Below are positions 39,012 to 50,609 of a DNA stretch of 64,000 nt, piece after piece; the first letter of the stretch is position 1, and each line of letters opens with the position of its first letter. The notes beneath the pieces were generated by a model, which was given only the letters and a program-made list of their open reading frames with translations, was not told the DNA's origin and did not search any database. Origin of the DNA: Acidobacteriota bacterium (GTDB lineage: Bacteria; Acidobacteriota; UBA890; WLXD01); NCBI GenBank assembly GCA_965205505.1, contig CBDBHB010000008.1:224001-288000 (forward strand). The letters run 5' to 3'. The translations under genes and the position numbers were made by a program.

Positions 39012-40406
39012 CTAGACGACCAGGCCGGCCACGAGGTAAAGCAGAGTCGCGAGACCTCCGCCTGCAAGCGCGTACGGAATCTGGGTCGTGACGTGCTCTA
39101 TGTGGTCACATCCAGCCGACATAGACGAGACCACGGTGGTATCGGAGATCGGTGAGCAGTGGTCGCCGAAGATCCCGCCACCCATCACTGCCGCTACGGC
39201 CAGTGGCACCGAAGAGCCGCTCTGAAGCGCCAGCGGAACGGCGATCGGTATGAGGATGGCGAAGGTGCCCCACGAGCTGCCGGTGGAGAAGGCAATCACA
39301 CATCCGGTGCCGAAGACGACCGGCGCCACGGTAACCGGTGTCAAGAGCGGCGCCGCGATCGACGCCACCCAGGGTCCCGTGCCGAGCGCCCGACAGACGG
39401 CTCCGATCCCCAGCGCAAGCGCCAGAATCGCGGCAACAGGTACAAGCTCCTGAAAACCCCGTATGGCCGAATTAGTCATCTCGGCGAACGAGAACAGCCC
39501 CTGCGCGCGATACAGCAGCATCGCTACCAGCACGCCGCTCGACGTTGCCAGCAACACGGCGGTCGAGGCCGAGCCCCGTAGCCATTCGCCGTCTCCGGTG
39601 ATGTACAGGACGACCGGCACCATGACTACCGTGACCACCACCGGCAAGATCAGATTACGCGCCTTCTTGCCCGCCTCGGGCGCGTTCTCGCCGAGGTCTG
39701 ATGTCGGGCCATCGACGCGGCCGGCGCCCTCCGCCGCAGCGGCCTCGGCTCTCGCCATGGGGCCGTAGTCGCGTCCGCTCAGCGCCACCAGGAACACCGT
39801 CGCAAGTGCCAGCAGCGCATAGAAGTTCAGTGGGATGGCTGCAATCAGCACGCCCAGGGGGTCGGCGAGCCCCTCGGCAGCGAGCAAGCTGATGATCAAC
39901 GCACCCCACGCGTTGATCGGGATCAGCATACATATAGGTGCCGATGTCGAGTCACACACGTACGCTAGCTTGGCGCGCGAAAGACCGACGCGATCGTAGA
40001 GCGGACGCGACACAGTGCCGGTTACAAGGCACGTGATGTTCGACTCGATGAAGATCGCTATTCCCAGAAACGCCGAGATCAGCTGGGCGGAGCGCTTGTC
40101 GCGTACCCAGCCGCGCGTTATCGCCCATTCGGCAAAGCCAGCTACGCCACCGGACTCGCGCAACAGCACGATCAAGGCACCCACCATCAAGGTGAACATC
40201 AGCGTACGTGCGTTATCGCCATTGGAAACCACGCCGACGAGCTGATCGATGGCCGCGGCGGCGCCGGCCAGCGGATTGAACCCGGCAAGGATCGTGGTAC
40301 CGATCCAGATCCCGGCGAACAGCGACAGGTGCACCTGGCGGGTCCGCAAGGCCATGACGATGGCCAGGATCGGCGGCACTATCGACAGCCAGCCGTACGT
40401 TGACAT
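39012..40406 (-). CDS. Na+/H+ antiporter NhaC family transporter
   Basis: DSTSAP, FSTGSSWGTF, GDHCSPISDTT, HVTTQIPYA. Confidence 0.92.
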   Translation of the reverse strand: MSTYGWLSIVPPILAIVMALRTRQVHLSLFAGIWIGTTILAGFNPLAGAAAAIDQLVGVVSNGDNARTLMFTLMVGALIVLLRESGGVAGFAEWAITRGWVRDKRSAQLISAFLGIAIFIESNITCLVTGTVSRPLYDRVGLSRAKLAYVCDSTSAPICMLIPINAWGALIISLLAAEGLADPLGVLIAAIPLNFYALLALATVFLVALSGRDYGPMARAEAAAAEGAGRVDGPTSDLGENAPEAGKKARNLILPVVVTVVMVPVVLYITGDGEWLRGSASTAVLLATSSGVLVAMLLYRAQGLFSFAEMTNSAIRGFQELVPVAAILALALGIGAVCRALGTGPWVASIAAPLLTPVTVAPVVFGTGCVIAFSTGSSWGTFAILIPIAVPLALQSGSSVPLAVAAVMGGGIFGDHCSPISDTTVVSSMSAGCDHIEHVTTQIPYALAGGGLATLLYLVAGLVV

Positions 40407-40516
40407 GGATCTGCTGGGTAGGGGCCCCATTTTCGGGGCCGGGAGGGCTCATATGTTACCCCGGTGTCCGTGGCCCTGCCGAAATCGCGCTGGCCACGCT
40501 GCTACACTCGCCGACC

Positions 40517-41269
40517 ATGACCACACCCGCCGCACAGCTGGGCTATTACCACGGCGCCGAGCGCATTCGGTACATCGGTAGCTGGGCGGTCACGATGACG
40601 GCGACGATCGTTCTCGGCACGGCGGGAATCCTGGTCTCCTTCCTCGCTGCGCGCGGCACCGTGACACACGCCTGTGCCCGGATTTGGGGACGGGCACTCC
40701 TCTGGATCAACGGTGTCGTGGTGCAAACCGAAGGCGGCGAGAATCTCGACCCCGACGCAGCCTACGTGCTCGTCGGCACCCACCAGTCGGCCCTCGACAT
40801 CCCGGCCTTGCTGGTGGGATTGCCGGTGCCCTTCCGTTTGCCCGCCAAGGCGTCGCTGTTCCGCATCCCGTTCGTCGGCTGGTACATGCGACGCGTCGGG
40901 TGCGTGCCGCTGGACGCGGGCGCCGACGACTCGGTCGTCGAGGCGCTTTGGAGTCCCCGGCGGCGAGCCGCCGGGTCGATGTCCACCGTCATCTTTGCCG
41001 CGGGCACCCGCGCCGCCGAAGGAGAGTTGTCGTGCTCTTGCGTAAACGGCGTCGACCTCGCACGCGCTGCTGGCGTACCGATCGTGCCGATCGTGCTGGT
41101 GAACAGCCGCGCCCTCATGCCGATCGGCAGGCGCTTCGCGGATCCCGGCAGCATTCAGGTTCGGATCGGTACGCCGCTGGAGCCTGATCCTGACGTCTCC
41201 ACGGGCGATGATGTGGCCACCGCGGTCCGTGATGCCGTTGCCGCGCTCAGGTTGGCGCACGCCCGATGA
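40517..41269 (+). CDS. 1-acyl-sn-glycerol-3-phosphate acyltransferase family
   Basis: THQSALD (HX4D), IPFVGW, FAAGTR, VPIVP. Confidence 0.82.
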   Translation: MTTPAAQLGYYHGAERIRYIGSWAVTMTATIVLGTAGILVSFLAARGTVTHACARIWGRALLWINGVVVQTEGGENLDPDAAYVLVGTHQSALDIPALLVGLPVPFRLPAKASLFRIPFVGWYMRRVGCVPLDAGADDSVVEALWSPRRRAAGSMSTVIFAAGTRAAEGELSCSCVNGVDLARAAGVPIVPIVLVNSRALMPIGRRFADPGSIQVRIGTPLEPDPDVSTGDDVATAVRDAVAALRLAHAR

Positions 41270-41976
41270 TTCCACTGCGCGATGACAACCCGACTGATAG
41301 CACACCTTGGGTGACCTACCTGCTATTCGGCGCCAACCTGGCCGTCTTCGCCTTCCAGCTGCAGGTGCGCATGACGGGCGGCGACCAGGCGTATTTGGCA
41401 CTGGTCACACAGCTGGGGCTGGTTCCCGTCGCCCTGACTTCGCCGACGCTTTGGATGCAGATGCCCATCCCGGCACCACTGACACTGCTGACCTCGATGT
41501 TCGTGCACGGTGACCTGTTCCACTTGGGCGGCAACATGCTCTACCTGTGGGTCTTCGCCGACAACGTCGAGGACAGACTCGGATCGGTTCGCTTTCTGGC
41601 CTTCTACCTGCTGTGCGGACTCAGCGCAGCGGGCGCGCAGGTGGCTCTCATGCCCGAGAGCACCATTCCGATGGTAGGCGCGAGCGGCGCCATCGCCGGG
41701 GTCTTGGGCGCCTACATGCTCCTGTACCCGACCGCCCGGGTGTTGACGCTCGTAGTCCTGGTGATCTTCATCCGCATCATGTACCTGCCGTCTGTCCTCC
41801 TGCTGGGGATTTGGTTCCTTATTCAGCTTTGGTCGGCAGGCAGCGGTGGCACGGTGGGGGTGGCGTGGTACGCACATGTCGGCGGGTTCGTGGCCGGCCT
41901 CGTGCTCGTCGGAGTCTTCGCGAAGCGGATGCGACACCGGCGGCCGAGAGTCGAGACCTATCGACAACGCCCGTAG
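41266..41976 (+). CDS. Rhomboid family intramembrane serine protease
   Basis: HLGGNMLYLW, GASGA, AHVGG. Confidence 0.94.
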   Translation: MIPLRDDNPTDSTPWVTYLLFGANLAVFAFQLQVRMTGGDQAYLALVTQLGLVPVALTSPTLWMQMPIPAPLTLLTSMFVHGDLFHLGGNMLYLWVFADNVEDRLGSVRFLAFYLLCGLSAAGAQVALMPESTIPMVGASGAIAGVLGAYMLLYPTARVLTLVVLVIFIRIMYLPSVLLLGIWFLIQLWSAGSGGTVGVAWYAHVGGFVAGLVLVGVFAKRMRHRRPRVETYRQRP

Positions 41977-41983
41977 CAGGCCG

Positions 41984-42859
41984 TTAGCTCGAAAGCACCT
42001 CGAGAGCCTTGGTGCCAATTTCCGACGGGCTGGCCACAACGTGGGCACCAGCATCCCGCAGTGCCTTCATCTTCTCCGCAGCCGTCCCCTTGCCGCCCGC
42101 GATGATGGCGCCCGCGTGCCCCATGCGCTTACCGGGAGGGGCCGTCTGTCCGGCGATAAAAGAAACCACCGGGAGCGCGTAGTCGTCGGCAATGTACTCT
42201 GCCGCCTCCTCCTCACCGCTGCCACCGATCTCGCCGATCAACACCACGGCCTCCGTCTGCTCGTCCTCAACAAACAGTTCCAGGCAGTCGCGGAACGTCG
42301 TGCCGATCACAGGGTCGCCACCGATGCCGATGCACGTCGATTGGCCGAGGCCTGCACGTGTCAGCTGGTCTACCGCCTCGTAGGTAAGCGTGCCGGAACG
42401 TGAGATCACCCCGACACGCCCTTGCTGATGCACGAACCCCGGCATGATGCCGACCTTGCACCTACCCGGCGAGATCACTCCAGGACAGTTGGGACCAATG
42501 AGCCTGGTACCCCGGCCGTTGCAGTAGCCGACAACGTCGACCATGTCGAGCGTCGGAATACCCTCGGTGATGCAGATGACCAATCGCATACCGGCATCAG
42601 CCGCCTCCATGACCGCGTCGGGAGCGAACGGCGGCGGGACGAACACCAGCGAGATCTCCGCTTCGGTCTCGCGCACCGCATCGAGCACCGTGTCGTATAC
42701 CGGTACCGAGTCGTCGAAGCGGGTGCCACCTTTCCCGGGAGTCACTCCGGCGACAATGCACGTACCGTACTCGATGCATTGGCGGCTATGGAACGAGCCT
42801 TCCGTACCGGTAATCCCTTGGACGAGGACGCGCGTGTCAGCGTCAACCAGGATGCTCAA
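41984..42859 (-). CDS. sucD: Succinyl-CoA ligase alpha subunit
   Basis: [27 protein letters not shown]. Confidence 0.97.
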   Translation of the reverse strand: MSILVDADTRVLVQGITGTEGSFHSRQCIEYGTCIVAGVTPGKGGTRFDDSVPVYDTVLDAVRETEAEISLVFVPPPFAPDAVMEAADAGMRLVICITEGIPTLDMVDVVGYCNGRGTRLIGPNCPGVISPGRCKVGIMPGFVHQQGRVGVISRSGTLTYEAVDQLTRAGLGQSTCIGIGGDPVIGTTFRDCLELFVEDEQTEAVVLIGEIGGSGEEEAAEYIADDYALPVVSFIAGQTAPPGKRMGHAGAIIAGGKGTAAEKMKALRDAGAHVVASPSEIGTKALEVLSS

Positions 42860-44037
42860 CCAGATCCTCCGCCGGCCGCATCCACAGCCTTCCGCGCCGC
42901 CTCTTGAAGGGTTTCAGCAACCATGAACTCGAGCTCCGAGCTGCGTAGGATCTCGCGCCCCTCCTCAGCATTGGTGCCTTGTAGTCGAACCACGACGGGA
43001 ACCTTCACCTCGACCGTGTCCAACGCCTCGATCACACCCTGCGCTACTCGATCGCCCCGCACGATGCCGCCGAAGATGTTGATCAACACCGCCTTCACCT
43101 GCTCGCCCTTCATCAGGATTCGAAACGCGTTGGCCACGCGCTCGACCGACGCGCCGCCGCCCACATCCAGAAAGTTGGCGGGGAATCCTCCGGCGTTGCT
43201 AATCTCGTCCATGGTGCCCATCGCCAACCCGGCGCCGTTCACCATGCAGCCCACGGTGCCATCGAGCGCTACGTAGCTCAGAGAATGCTCCGATGCTTCG
43301 AGCTCGAGCGGATCCTCCTCGCTGCGATCGCGTAGTTCGGCCAGGTCTGCATGGCGGTACAAGGCATTCTCGTCGAGCACGATCTTGGCATCGAGCACGA
43401 TGACCTCGCCGTCCGGCCCGATCGCCAGCGGGTTGATCTCGGCGAGCGCAGCATCGAGCTCGTCATAGGCGCGCGCTAGCTTCATGATCGTGGCAGCCAC
43501 TCGGCGAGCCACACGACCCTCGAGGCCAAGCCGGTAGGCGAGGCGCGCCGCCTGGAACGGACGTAACCCCCATCCGGGAACGCAGGGCTCCTTGAGAATC
43601 GCCTCCGGGTTGCGCTCGGCGACCTCCTCGATCTCGACGCCGCCCTCGGCGGACGCGATCACCACCGGGCAGCGAGCCGATCGGTCGATGGTAAGCGCGA
43701 GGTAGAGCTCGTCGACAATATCGGCGCCGGCCTCGATCAATAGCTGGCGCACGACCACCCCTTGGGATCCGGTCTGTGGCGTGATCAGCGCGTTCCCCAG
43801 CATGGCTCCGGCGAATTCACCCGCCTGTTGCGGGGTGTCGGCAAGCTTGATGCCGCCGCCCTTGCCACGCCCGCCGGCGTGCACCTGCGCCTTCACCGCA
43901 AAGCGCGTTGCCCCCTCGGCGGCGAGGTTCTCGGCGACCTCGCGGGCCTCGTCGGCACTCGTCGCCACCGCACTCGCGAGAACGTTCAACCCGCGCTGAC
44001 GCAGCAGCTCTTTGGACTGATACTCGTGCAGCTTCAA
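42856..44037 (-). CDS. sucC: Succinyl-CoA ligase beta subunit
   Basis: [33 protein letters not shown]. Confidence 0.97.
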   Translation of the reverse strand: MKLHEYQSKELLRQRGLNVLASAVATSADEAREVAENLAAEGATRFAVKAQVHAGGRGKGGGIKLADTPQQAGEFAGAMLGNALITPQTGSQGVVVRQLLIEAGADIVDELYLALTIDRSARCPVVIASAEGGVEIEEVAERNPEAILKEPCVPGWGLRPFQAARLAYRLGLEGRVARRVAATIMKLARAYDELDAALAEINPLAIGPDGEVIVLDAKIVLDENALYRHADLAELRDRSEEDPLELEASEHSLSYVALDGTVGCMVNGAGLAMGTMDEISNAGGFPANFLDVGGGASVERVANAFRILMKGEQVKAVLINIFGGIVRGDRVAQGVIEALDTVEVKVPVVVRLQGTNAEEGREILRSSELEFMVAETLQEAARKAVDAAGGGSG

Positions 44038-44672
44038 CGCGTCGACAACGGATTGGGCCAACGCCGTACAGCGGCCGAAACCAGCAGGATCTTCAGGGAG
44101 TCGCCGGGGATGAACGGCGCCGCGCCCATCAGAAACGCCTGTCCAGGCGACAGGTCAAGCAGCAGCGCGAGGTGGAGAGCCCCGCACGTGAGGACGATGA
44201 CGGACGCCACCACCATCGAGCCCGCCGTGCGCAGCCAGGATCGTGTGCGCCCGTCGAGAAGCGTGGAGAGCACGATAGCCGCCACGAACCAGCCGAGAAC
44301 GTAGCCGCCAGTCGCACCCGTGAACGCCGCCAGCCCGCCGCGCAAGCCAGACAGGATCGGTACCCCCAGAATCGCCAGACCGACATACAGCGCCAGGCCT
44401 GAAAGCGCCGCACGCCGCCCGAGCCAGGCCGCACCGACGTAGAGCACCAGGGTTTGCAGGGTGATCGGCACCGGGGTGAACGGCAGCGGAATGCGAATCT
44501 GCGCGGCCACTGCCAGGGCCGCGGCGAACGCAACCGAGAGTGCCAGCAAACGAGCCACCGAAACCACGTCGTCACGAGCTCCGAGCACACTGGATTCAGC
44601 GGTGTTCACGGCGGTACCTCCAACGGTTTCAACGGTAGCAAACGCACCGATCAGCGTGGCTACTACGGACAA
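44034..44672 (-). CDS. bioY: Biotin transporter BioY (start approximate)
   Basis: PFTPVPITLQT, ATGGYVLG, PFIPGD..K. Confidence 0.9.
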   Translation of the reverse strand: MSVVATLIGAFATVETVGGTAVNTAESSVLGARDDVVSVARLLALSVAFAAALAVAAQIRIPLPFTPVPITLQTLVLYVGAAWLGRRAALSGLALYVGLAILGVPILSGLRGGLAAFTGATGGYVLGWFVAAIVLSTLLDGRTRSWLRTAGSMVVASVIVLTCGALHLALLLDLSPGQAFLMGAAPFIPGDSLKILLVSAAVRRWPNPLSTR

Positions 44673-44725
44673 GCAGCGAGGCTACCATGGCCGGATAGCG
44701 GGTCAAGCAGCCCCTGGTCCCCGGC

Positions 44726-45754
44726 TCATGGGGCCGCCGCGATGGTGCGCTCGACCGCCGGTGCGATGAGACGCAGCCGGCCCATGAGCCGTTCGAATTG
44801 CTCCGGAAACAGCGACTGCGGACCGTCCGACAGCGCCGCATCGGGGTCGTGATGCACCTCGACCAACAGCCCGTCCGCCCCGGCGGCCAACGCAGCGCAC
44901 GCCAACGGCGGCACCTTGTCGCGGATGCCGATCGCGTGACTCGGATCGCCGATGATCGGCAGGTGAGACAGCTTCTGCACGATCGGGAACGCCGAGACGT
45001 CGAAGGTATTGCGGCTGTACACCTCGAACGTCCGGATGCCCCGCTCGCACAAAATGACGTTCTGGTTACCACCCGCCATGATGTACTCGGCAGACATGAG
45101 CCATTCCTCGATGGTCGCCGACAGACCCCGCTTCAGAAGCACTGGCGTCTGCTGCCGACCGAGCGCCTTGAGCAACGCGAAGTTCTGCATGTTGCGCGCC
45201 CCGACTTGAAAGATGTCGACATATTCGGACATGAGCTCAATCTGCGGTGCGTCCATCACCTCGGAGATGGTCTTCAGACCGTGTGCGTCGGCGGCAGCAC
45301 GCAGAAAGCGCAGCCCATCACCACCCAGGCCCTGAAACGAGTACGGCGAGGAGCGAGGCTTGAAGGCGCCGCCACGCAGCACCTGAGCCCCAGCGCGCGC
45401 CACGCACTCAGCGACCTTGTGGATCTGCTCCTCGCTCTCGACGCCGCAGGGGCCTGCCATCATCACCACCTGCTCGCCACCGATCACGACATCGCCGAGC
45501 CGGATTCGGGTCCCCTCCGGTTTGAACGAGTGCCCGACAAGCTTGTACGGCTTGGAGATCTTGAGAACCTCTTTGACGCCAGTGAGAACCTCCAGCTCGC
45601 GAGGGTCGACCTCGACCGCCTTGCCACCGACCGCGCCGACGACCGTGCGCTCGACGCCAGTCGAACGGTGCGCGTCGAACCCCAGCGCCGTAAGCCGCTC
45701 GATGACGCGCTCGATTTGGAGCTCATCGGCCCCTGACTCCATGATGATTACCAT
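44726..45754 (-). CDS. aroF: DAHP synthase type I-beta with N-terminal regulatory domain
   Basis: AGPC, GGAFKPRSSPYSFQG, GARNMQNF, CERGIRTFE, DPSH. Confidence 0.94.
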   Translation of the reverse strand: MVIIMESGADELQIERVIERLTALGFDAHRSTGVERTVVGAVGGKAVEVDPRELEVLTGVKEVLKISKPYKLVGHSFKPEGTRIRLGDVVIGGEQVVMMAGPCGVESEEQIHKVAECVARAGAQVLRGGAFKPRSSPYSFQGLGGDGLRFLRAAADAHGLKTISEVMDAPQIELMSEYVDIFQVGARNMQNFALLKALGRQQTPVLLKRGLSATIEEWLMSAEYIMAGGNQNVILCERGIRTFEVYSRNTFDVSAFPIVQKLSHLPIIGDPSHAIGIRDKVPPLACAALAAGADGLLVEVHHDPDAALSDGPQSLFPEQFERLMGRLRLIAPAVERTIAAAP

Positions 45755-45806
45755 ACCGACTCCTGCAGCGATCACGCTGGCTAGATCTGCCGCTACCGTT
45801 GACATC

Positions 45807-45838
45807 TTAGTGTCCTATAAGAGTTGTGTTGCGTTTCG
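45807..45838. repeat. Degenerate MITE-A end
   Basis: TTAGTGTCCTATAAGAGTTGTGTTGCGTTTCG versus CTAGTG(G/T)CCTGTAACAGATGATCGTTGCGTATCG. Confidence 0.55.
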
Positions 45839-45862
45839 CGAGCTCGTTGCATTGCGTCAACC

Positions 45863-46150
45863 CTACTTGACCCTCTGAAGACGGCGAGTCTCGTCGAGGA
45901 TGCGCTCGAATACGCGGCGGACTGCGGCGTCGTCTAGCGGTCCGCGGTTCGCTTCTACGGCGCGCCTGAAGATCTCCTCTTCACGGCGAGGCTGGTAGGT
46001 GGGCTCGTTCAGCACTTCCTTCGCTGCGCCGATAAGGCGAGCATACTCGGCGCGACGGTTCAGCAACGCCACAAGTTCGGGATCGATCTCGTCGATGCGC
46101 TGCCGAGACTCGAGCATCGTGTTGCGGGCATGCTCCGAGCCGCTAGTCAT
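45863..46150 (-). CDS. Chorismate mutase (AroQ)
   Basis: RQRIDEID..LLNRR..IG..K..PRREEE. Confidence 0.9.
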   Translation of the reverse strand: MTSGSEHARNTMLESRQRIDEIDPELVALLNRRAEYARLIGAAKEVLNEPTYQPRREEEIFRRAVEANRGPLDDAAVRRVFERILDETRRLQRVK

Positions 46151-46974
46151 TCGCCCTCCCGCTTCTCGGTGCCCGGCACCGCCAGCTCGTCGGCGGCGAC
46201 ACGTAGCTCCTTGACGGTCGCGCCCACCGCGGCCGCCGGGTCGGTAGCGGCGTCAATCGCATCGATCAACGCGCTGCCAACCACGACGCCATCGGCCAAC
46301 GGACCGAGCCGCGTGACGTGCTCCGGCTGCTTGACGCCGAAGCCGACTACGAAAGGCTTGCGCGCCTGGCGGCGCACGCGGCCGAGAAACTCGATCGTGC
46401 GCGCCTGCACATCGCCACGCGCTCCGGTGACACCCGTCACGCTGACGCAATACGAAAAATGAGTCGAGGCTTCGTCGACGATGCCGATACGCTCATCCGT
46501 AGCGTTGGGCGCCATGAGAAACACCGCGGCCAGGCCGCATTGCATGCACCCGTTGCGATACTCGGCGGCCTCCTCGGGCGGCAAGTCCGGAACGATCAGC
46601 CCGTCGACGCCAGTCTCCGCGGCGGTGCGCAGGAACTCCTCGAGGCCAAAATGCAAGATCGGGTTGCAGTAGCCCATGAGCACCAACGGTAGGTCCGCTA
46701 TATTCGAATCCGCGCGCAGCTCCGCCACTACCGACAACACCCGCTTCACCGTCATGCCGTTGGACAGCGCGCGCTCACTAGATCGTTGGATGGTGGGCCC
46801 GTCCGCCAGCGGGTCGGAGAACGGCATGCCGATCTCCACCAAGTCCGCTCCAGCCATCGTCATCGCATGCACCAGCGATACGGTCGAATCGAGTTGCGGG
46901 TATCCGGCCGTCACAAACGGGATGATCAGCGGCCTGGCGCCGCGACCGGCGAAGACTCGATCGATCCGGCTCAC
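46147..46974 (-). CDS. trpA: Tryptophan synthase alpha
   Basis: [34 protein letters not shown]. Confidence 0.97.
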   Translation of the reverse strand: MSRIDRVFAGRGARPLIIPFVTAGYPQLDSTVSLVHAMTMAGADLVEIGMPFSDPLADGPTIQRSSERALSNGMTVKRVLSVVAELRADSNIADLPLVLMGYCNPILHFGLEEFLRTAAETGVDGLIVPDLPPEEAAEYRNGCMQCGLAAVFLMAPNATDERIGIVDEASTHFSYCVSVTGVTGARGDVQARTIEFLGRVRRQARKPFVVGFGVKQPEHVTRLGPLADGVVVGSALIDAIDAATDPAAAVGATVKELRVAADELAVPGTEKREGE

Positions 46975-48170
46975 TGGCCCACCTCCCCACGGTATTCGGC
47001 AATCGTAGCGACGTCCTTGTCGCCCCGCCCCGACAGGCACACGATGACGTGGTGCTCTGGAGGCAACTCCCCTCGCTCCGCCATGACGAACAGGTGCGCG
47101 ATGGCGTGTGCCGACTCCAACGCCGGGATGATCCCTTCAATCAGGCACACGCGATCGAACGCTGCCAGGGCCTGATCGTCGGTAATCGCCACGTACTGCG
47201 CACGCCCGCTGGCCTGCAGCGAGGCGTGTTCAGGGCCAACACCAGGGTAGTCGAGCCCGGCCGATATGGAGTGCGCGAGCTGCACCTGGCCGTCGTCATT
47301 CTGCAGCAACAGAGACCTGGCGCCGTGCAGCACTCCAGGCGTGCCGGCCGACAGCGTGGCGGAGTGCTCACCACTATCGATGCCGCGACCACCAGCCTCC
47401 ACGCCGATCAGACGGGCGTCGGTGTCGATGAAGGGGTGAAACAGCCCGATGGCGTTGCTGCCGCCGCCCACACAAGCCATCAGCAGGTCCGGCTGCTCGA
47501 CGCCGGCGCCGCGCAACTGCTCGGCGGCTTCGAGGCCGATGACGCGCTGGAAATCACGCACCATCGTCGGGTACGGGTGTGGGCCGACCACCGACCCGAT
47601 GATGTAGAAGGTCGTATCGACGTTGGTCACCCAGTCGCGGATCGCCTCGTTGGTAGCATCCTTGAGAGTACGGCTGCCCGAGGTCACCGGCACAACGCGC
47701 GCGCCGAGCAACTCCATCCGGAAGACGTTCAACGCCTGGCGACGGATGTCCTCCTCCCCCATGTAGACGACGCAGTCCATGCCGAACATCGCCGCCACGG
47801 TGGCGGCAGCCACGCCATGCTGGCCGGCGCCGGTCTCGGCGATGACGCGCCGCTTACCCATGCGGCGGGCTAGTAGCGCTTGCCCGACGGTGTTGTTGAT
47901 CTTGTGTGCCCCGGTATGAAGAAGGTCTTCCCGCTTCAACCAGATCGTCGCACCGCCGACTTCCTCCGAGAGGCGTCTCGCCCGGTACAAAGGTGTGGGC
48001 CGACCGCAATAGTCGGCGCGCAGGGCTTCCAGCTCGGCTCGAAATTCGCCATCGGCGCGCGCCTCGTCATAGGCCTGTTCCAGCTCGATCACCGCCGGCA
48101 TCAACGTTTCGGGAATGTACTGACCGCCGAACTCCCCGAAACGCCCCGCCGTGGTTGACGCCTCGCTCAT
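46971..48170 (-). CDS. trpB: Tryptophan synthase beta
   Basis: [34 protein letters not shown]. Confidence 0.98.
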   Translation of the reverse strand: MSEASTTAGRFGEFGGQYIPETLMPAVIELEQAYDEARADGEFRAELEALRADYCGRPTPLYRARRLSEEVGGATIWLKREDLLHTGAHKINNTVGQALLARRMGKRRVIAETGAGQHGVAAATVAAMFGMDCVVYMGEEDIRRQALNVFRMELLGARVVPVTSGSRTLKDATNEAIRDWVTNVDTTFYIIGSVVGPHPYPTMVRDFQRVIGLEAAEQLRGAGVEQPDLLMACVGGGSNAIGLFHPFIDTDARLIGVEAGGRGIDSGEHSATLSAGTPGVLHGARSLLLQNDDGQVQLAHSISAGLDYPGVGPEHASLQASGRAQYVAITDDQALAAFDRVCLIEGIIPALESAHAIAHLFVMAERGELPPEHHVIVCLSGRGDKDVATIAEYRGEVGQ

Positions 48171-48799
48171 TGAAAGGGCTCCAATGCCCGCGCGAAGGCG
48201 CGGATCAGTCGTGGATCCTTGAGTCCTGGTCGCGACTCCACACCCGACGACACGTCCACCGCCCAGGGCCCGACCCGTTTCACCGCCGCCGCCACCGTGT
48301 GCGGCGTCAGACCGCCAGCGAGCATGATGCGTTGCCGCTGCGCCAACGCGGCCGCAGCCGACCAGTTGGCCCGCATGCCGGTGCCACCGTAGGCACCCTC
48401 GACGGCGGCGTCGATCAGCAGGGAGCAGTCAGAATACCGATCGGCTAGCTGCTGAGCCTGCGCCCCGGTTGTTTGCTCCTCCAGTCGCAACGCCTTGAAC
48501 GCATGGCGTGGCAGGCGCGCACAGATCTCCGGGTCCTCGTCACCAGACAGCTGCACGAAGTCGACACCGACACGATCCACGACGGCGGCCACCTCGACCG
48601 GATCCGGGTCGACGAACACCGCGAACCGCCACGTCTCCTCGGGCAACGCACCCGCGATCGCAGCGGCTCGATCGACCGACACCGAGCGTGGGCTCGGCGG
48701 ATAGAAGACGAATCCGATGGCGTCAGCGCCGGCTTCCACCGCGGCCAGCGCTCCGACCTCTTCAGTAATTCCGCACACCTTCCAGCGCAGCGGCATCAT
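48167..48799 (-). CDS. trpF: Phosphoribosylanthranilate isomerase
   Basis: KVCGIT, SPRSV, GGTG, LAGGL, DVSSGVE. Confidence 0.96.
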   Translation of the reverse strand: MMPLRWKVCGITEEVGALAAVEAGADAIGFVFYPPSPRSVSVDRAAAIAGALPEETWRFAVFVDPDPVEVAAVVDRVGVDFVQLSGDEDPEICARLPRHAFKALRLEEQTTGAQAQQLADRYSDCSLLIDAAVEGAYGGTGMRANWSAAAALAQRQRIMLAGGLTPHTVAAAVKRVGPWAVDVSSGVESRPGLKDPRLIRAFARALEPFQ

Positions 48800-49590
48800 C
48801 TCGCTCCTTGCAGCAGACGTTGCAGCGCGATCGCGGGATCGGTGGCGCGCACCAGGCTCGTACCCACCAGCACGGCGTCATAGCCGGCAGCTCCGAGCTG
48901 GTGTAGCTCTGTAGCCGACTGGATGCCGCTCTCGCTCACCCGCACGGTAGCGGAGGGAAGCTGCTCGGCGAGTTGGAGGGAGTAGCGCCAGTCGACCCGC
49001 ATCGAGCGCAGGTCACGGTTGTTGATTCCAATCAGACCGCTTCCGGCGGCCACAGCGGCGCCGATCGAATCTGCATCGTGCAGCTCCACGAGCGCATCGA
49101 GTCGCACCTGATGCGCAAGCGCCACCAGTTCCTGCAGCTCCGAAGGCTCCAAGGCTTCGGCGATCAGCAGTACCGCTGCCGCGCCGGCAAGAGCCGCCTG
49201 CTCGATCTGATACGCGTCGATGATGAAGTCCTTGCGAAGCACCGGCAGCTCGACTGCCGCCGCCACGCTGGCCAGGTGCGATAGGCTGCCGCCGAAGAAC
49301 GTCTCCTCGGTCAGCACCGATATCGCGGCGGCGCCGGCGCCGGCGTACTGTCGCGCCAGGTCCACCGGGTCGAACGGCGTCCGTAGCGGCCCCGACAGAG
49401 GGCTGGCGCCCTTGACCTCGGCAATAACCGACACCCCTTCGCCGCGAAGCGCCCGGCGCAACCGCCCAGCTGGGCGGACTAGCGCGCCGCTATCACGAAG
49501 CTTTGCCTGCAACTCTGCCTGCGGCGTCGCTGCCCGGTCCGCGACTGCCTTCTGGCGCGCTGTCTCGACGAGGCGCTCAAGGGTGATCAT
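48796..49590 (-). CDS. trpC: Indole-3-glycerol phosphate synthase
   Basis: IAEVKGASP, SVLTE, LRKDF, GINNRDL, SESGI. Confidence 0.96.
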   Translation of the reverse strand: MITLERLVETARQKAVADRAATPQAELQAKLRDSGALVRPAGRLRRALRGEGVSVIAEVKGASPLSGPLRTPFDPVDLARQYAGAGAAAISVLTEETFFGGSLSHLASVAAAVELPVLRKDFIIDAYQIEQAALAGAAAVLLIAEALEPSELQELVALAHQVRLDALVELHDADSIGAAVAAGSGLIGINNRDLRSMRVDWRYSLQLAEQLPSATVRVSESGIQSATELHQLGAAGYDAVLVGTSLVRATDPAIALQRLLQGAR

Positions 49591-50609
49591 GGCGCCGGCT
49601 CGCCGCTCGTCGCGGCCACTAGTCGCTTCAGGGTCGTCGATGCCGCCCCGGTGTCGATCGCATTGGCGGCGGCATCCACTCCTTGCACCAACGTGCCGGC
49701 AACGCCGCCCACCTGCAGCGCCGCACCGGCGTTCAGCAACACGATGTCGCGCCGCGGCCCGGGCTCACCCGCCAGTACGGAGCGAACGATCGTGGCGTTG
49801 TCTGCCGCCGAGCCGCCGGCGAGGTCCTGCGCGCGAGCGCCTGTAAGGCCCACTTCCTCGGGCGTCACCGAGTACATCCGTACCTGGTCACCATCCCATT
49901 CTGCCACCTCGGTAGCGCCCAGCAGCGACAGTTCGTCCATGTTCCCGGCACCGTGCACCACCATGGCGTGCGCGGCGCCGAGTTGTCCAAGCACCTCCGC
50001 CAACGGCCGAACCAGCGCGGAGTCGTACACGCCCACCACCTGGCGCCGCGCCCCGGCGGGATTGGTGAGGGGCCCGAGCAGGTTGAAGACGGTGCGCAGG
50101 CCGAGCTCACGTCGCGGTCCCACTGCATGCTTCATGGCGGGATGCTGTGAGGGGGCAAACAGGAACGCGATACCGGCATCGGCGAGACTACGCCGGAGAC
50201 TCGCCTGGTCGGCGACGAGCGTCACACCCAGCGCTTCTAGCACATCGGCGCTGCCACACGCGCTGGACACGGCGCGATTGCCATGCTTGGCGATGGGCAC
50301 GCCGGCGGCGGCCGCCACCAGTGCCGCCGCGGTTGAGATGTTGAACGTATCCGCGCCGTCGCCGCCAGTTCCGCAAGTGTCGACCAAGCCGCGCGTCTCC
50401 AGGTCGACGGGATTCGCGGCGCCGCGCATCGCAGCCGCGAAACCGGCGATCTCATCGACCGTCTCTCCGCGGATCCGCAGCGCCACCAAGAAGCCGGCGA
50501 TCTGTGCCGGCGTTGCCTCGCCGCGCATGATGAGTCGCATGGCCGAATGCGCCTCTTCGTGGTCCAGCTTCTCACCGTCGACGACTCGCGCCAGCAGTTC
50601 CTTGATCAC
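49587..50609 (-). CDS. trpD: Anthranilate phosphoribosyltransferase
   Basis: DTCGTGGDG..FNIST, KHGNR..SS..GSAD. Confidence 0.97.
   Translation of the reverse strand: MIKELLARVVDGEKLDHEEAHSAMRLIMRGEATPAQIAGFLVALRIRGETVDEIAGFAAAMRGAANPVDLETRGLVDTCGTGGDGADTFNISTAAALVAAAAGVPIAKHGNRAVSSACGSADVLEALGVTLVADQASLRRSLADAGIAFLFAPSQHPAMKHAVGPRRELGLRTVFNLLGPLTNPAGARRQVVGVYDSALVRPLAEVLGQLGAAHAMVVHGAGNMDELSLLGATEVAEWDGDQVRMYSVTPEEVGLTGARAQDLAGGSAADNATIVRSVLAGEPGPRRDIVLLNAGAALQVGGVAGTLVQGVDAAANAIDTGAASTTLKRLVAATSGEPAP

Noticed and set aside
49614-49622. GGCCACTAG matching the MITE-A terminus inside trpD
   Set aside because: Only 9 nt, encodes an ordinary LVA in the C-terminal helix; likely chance
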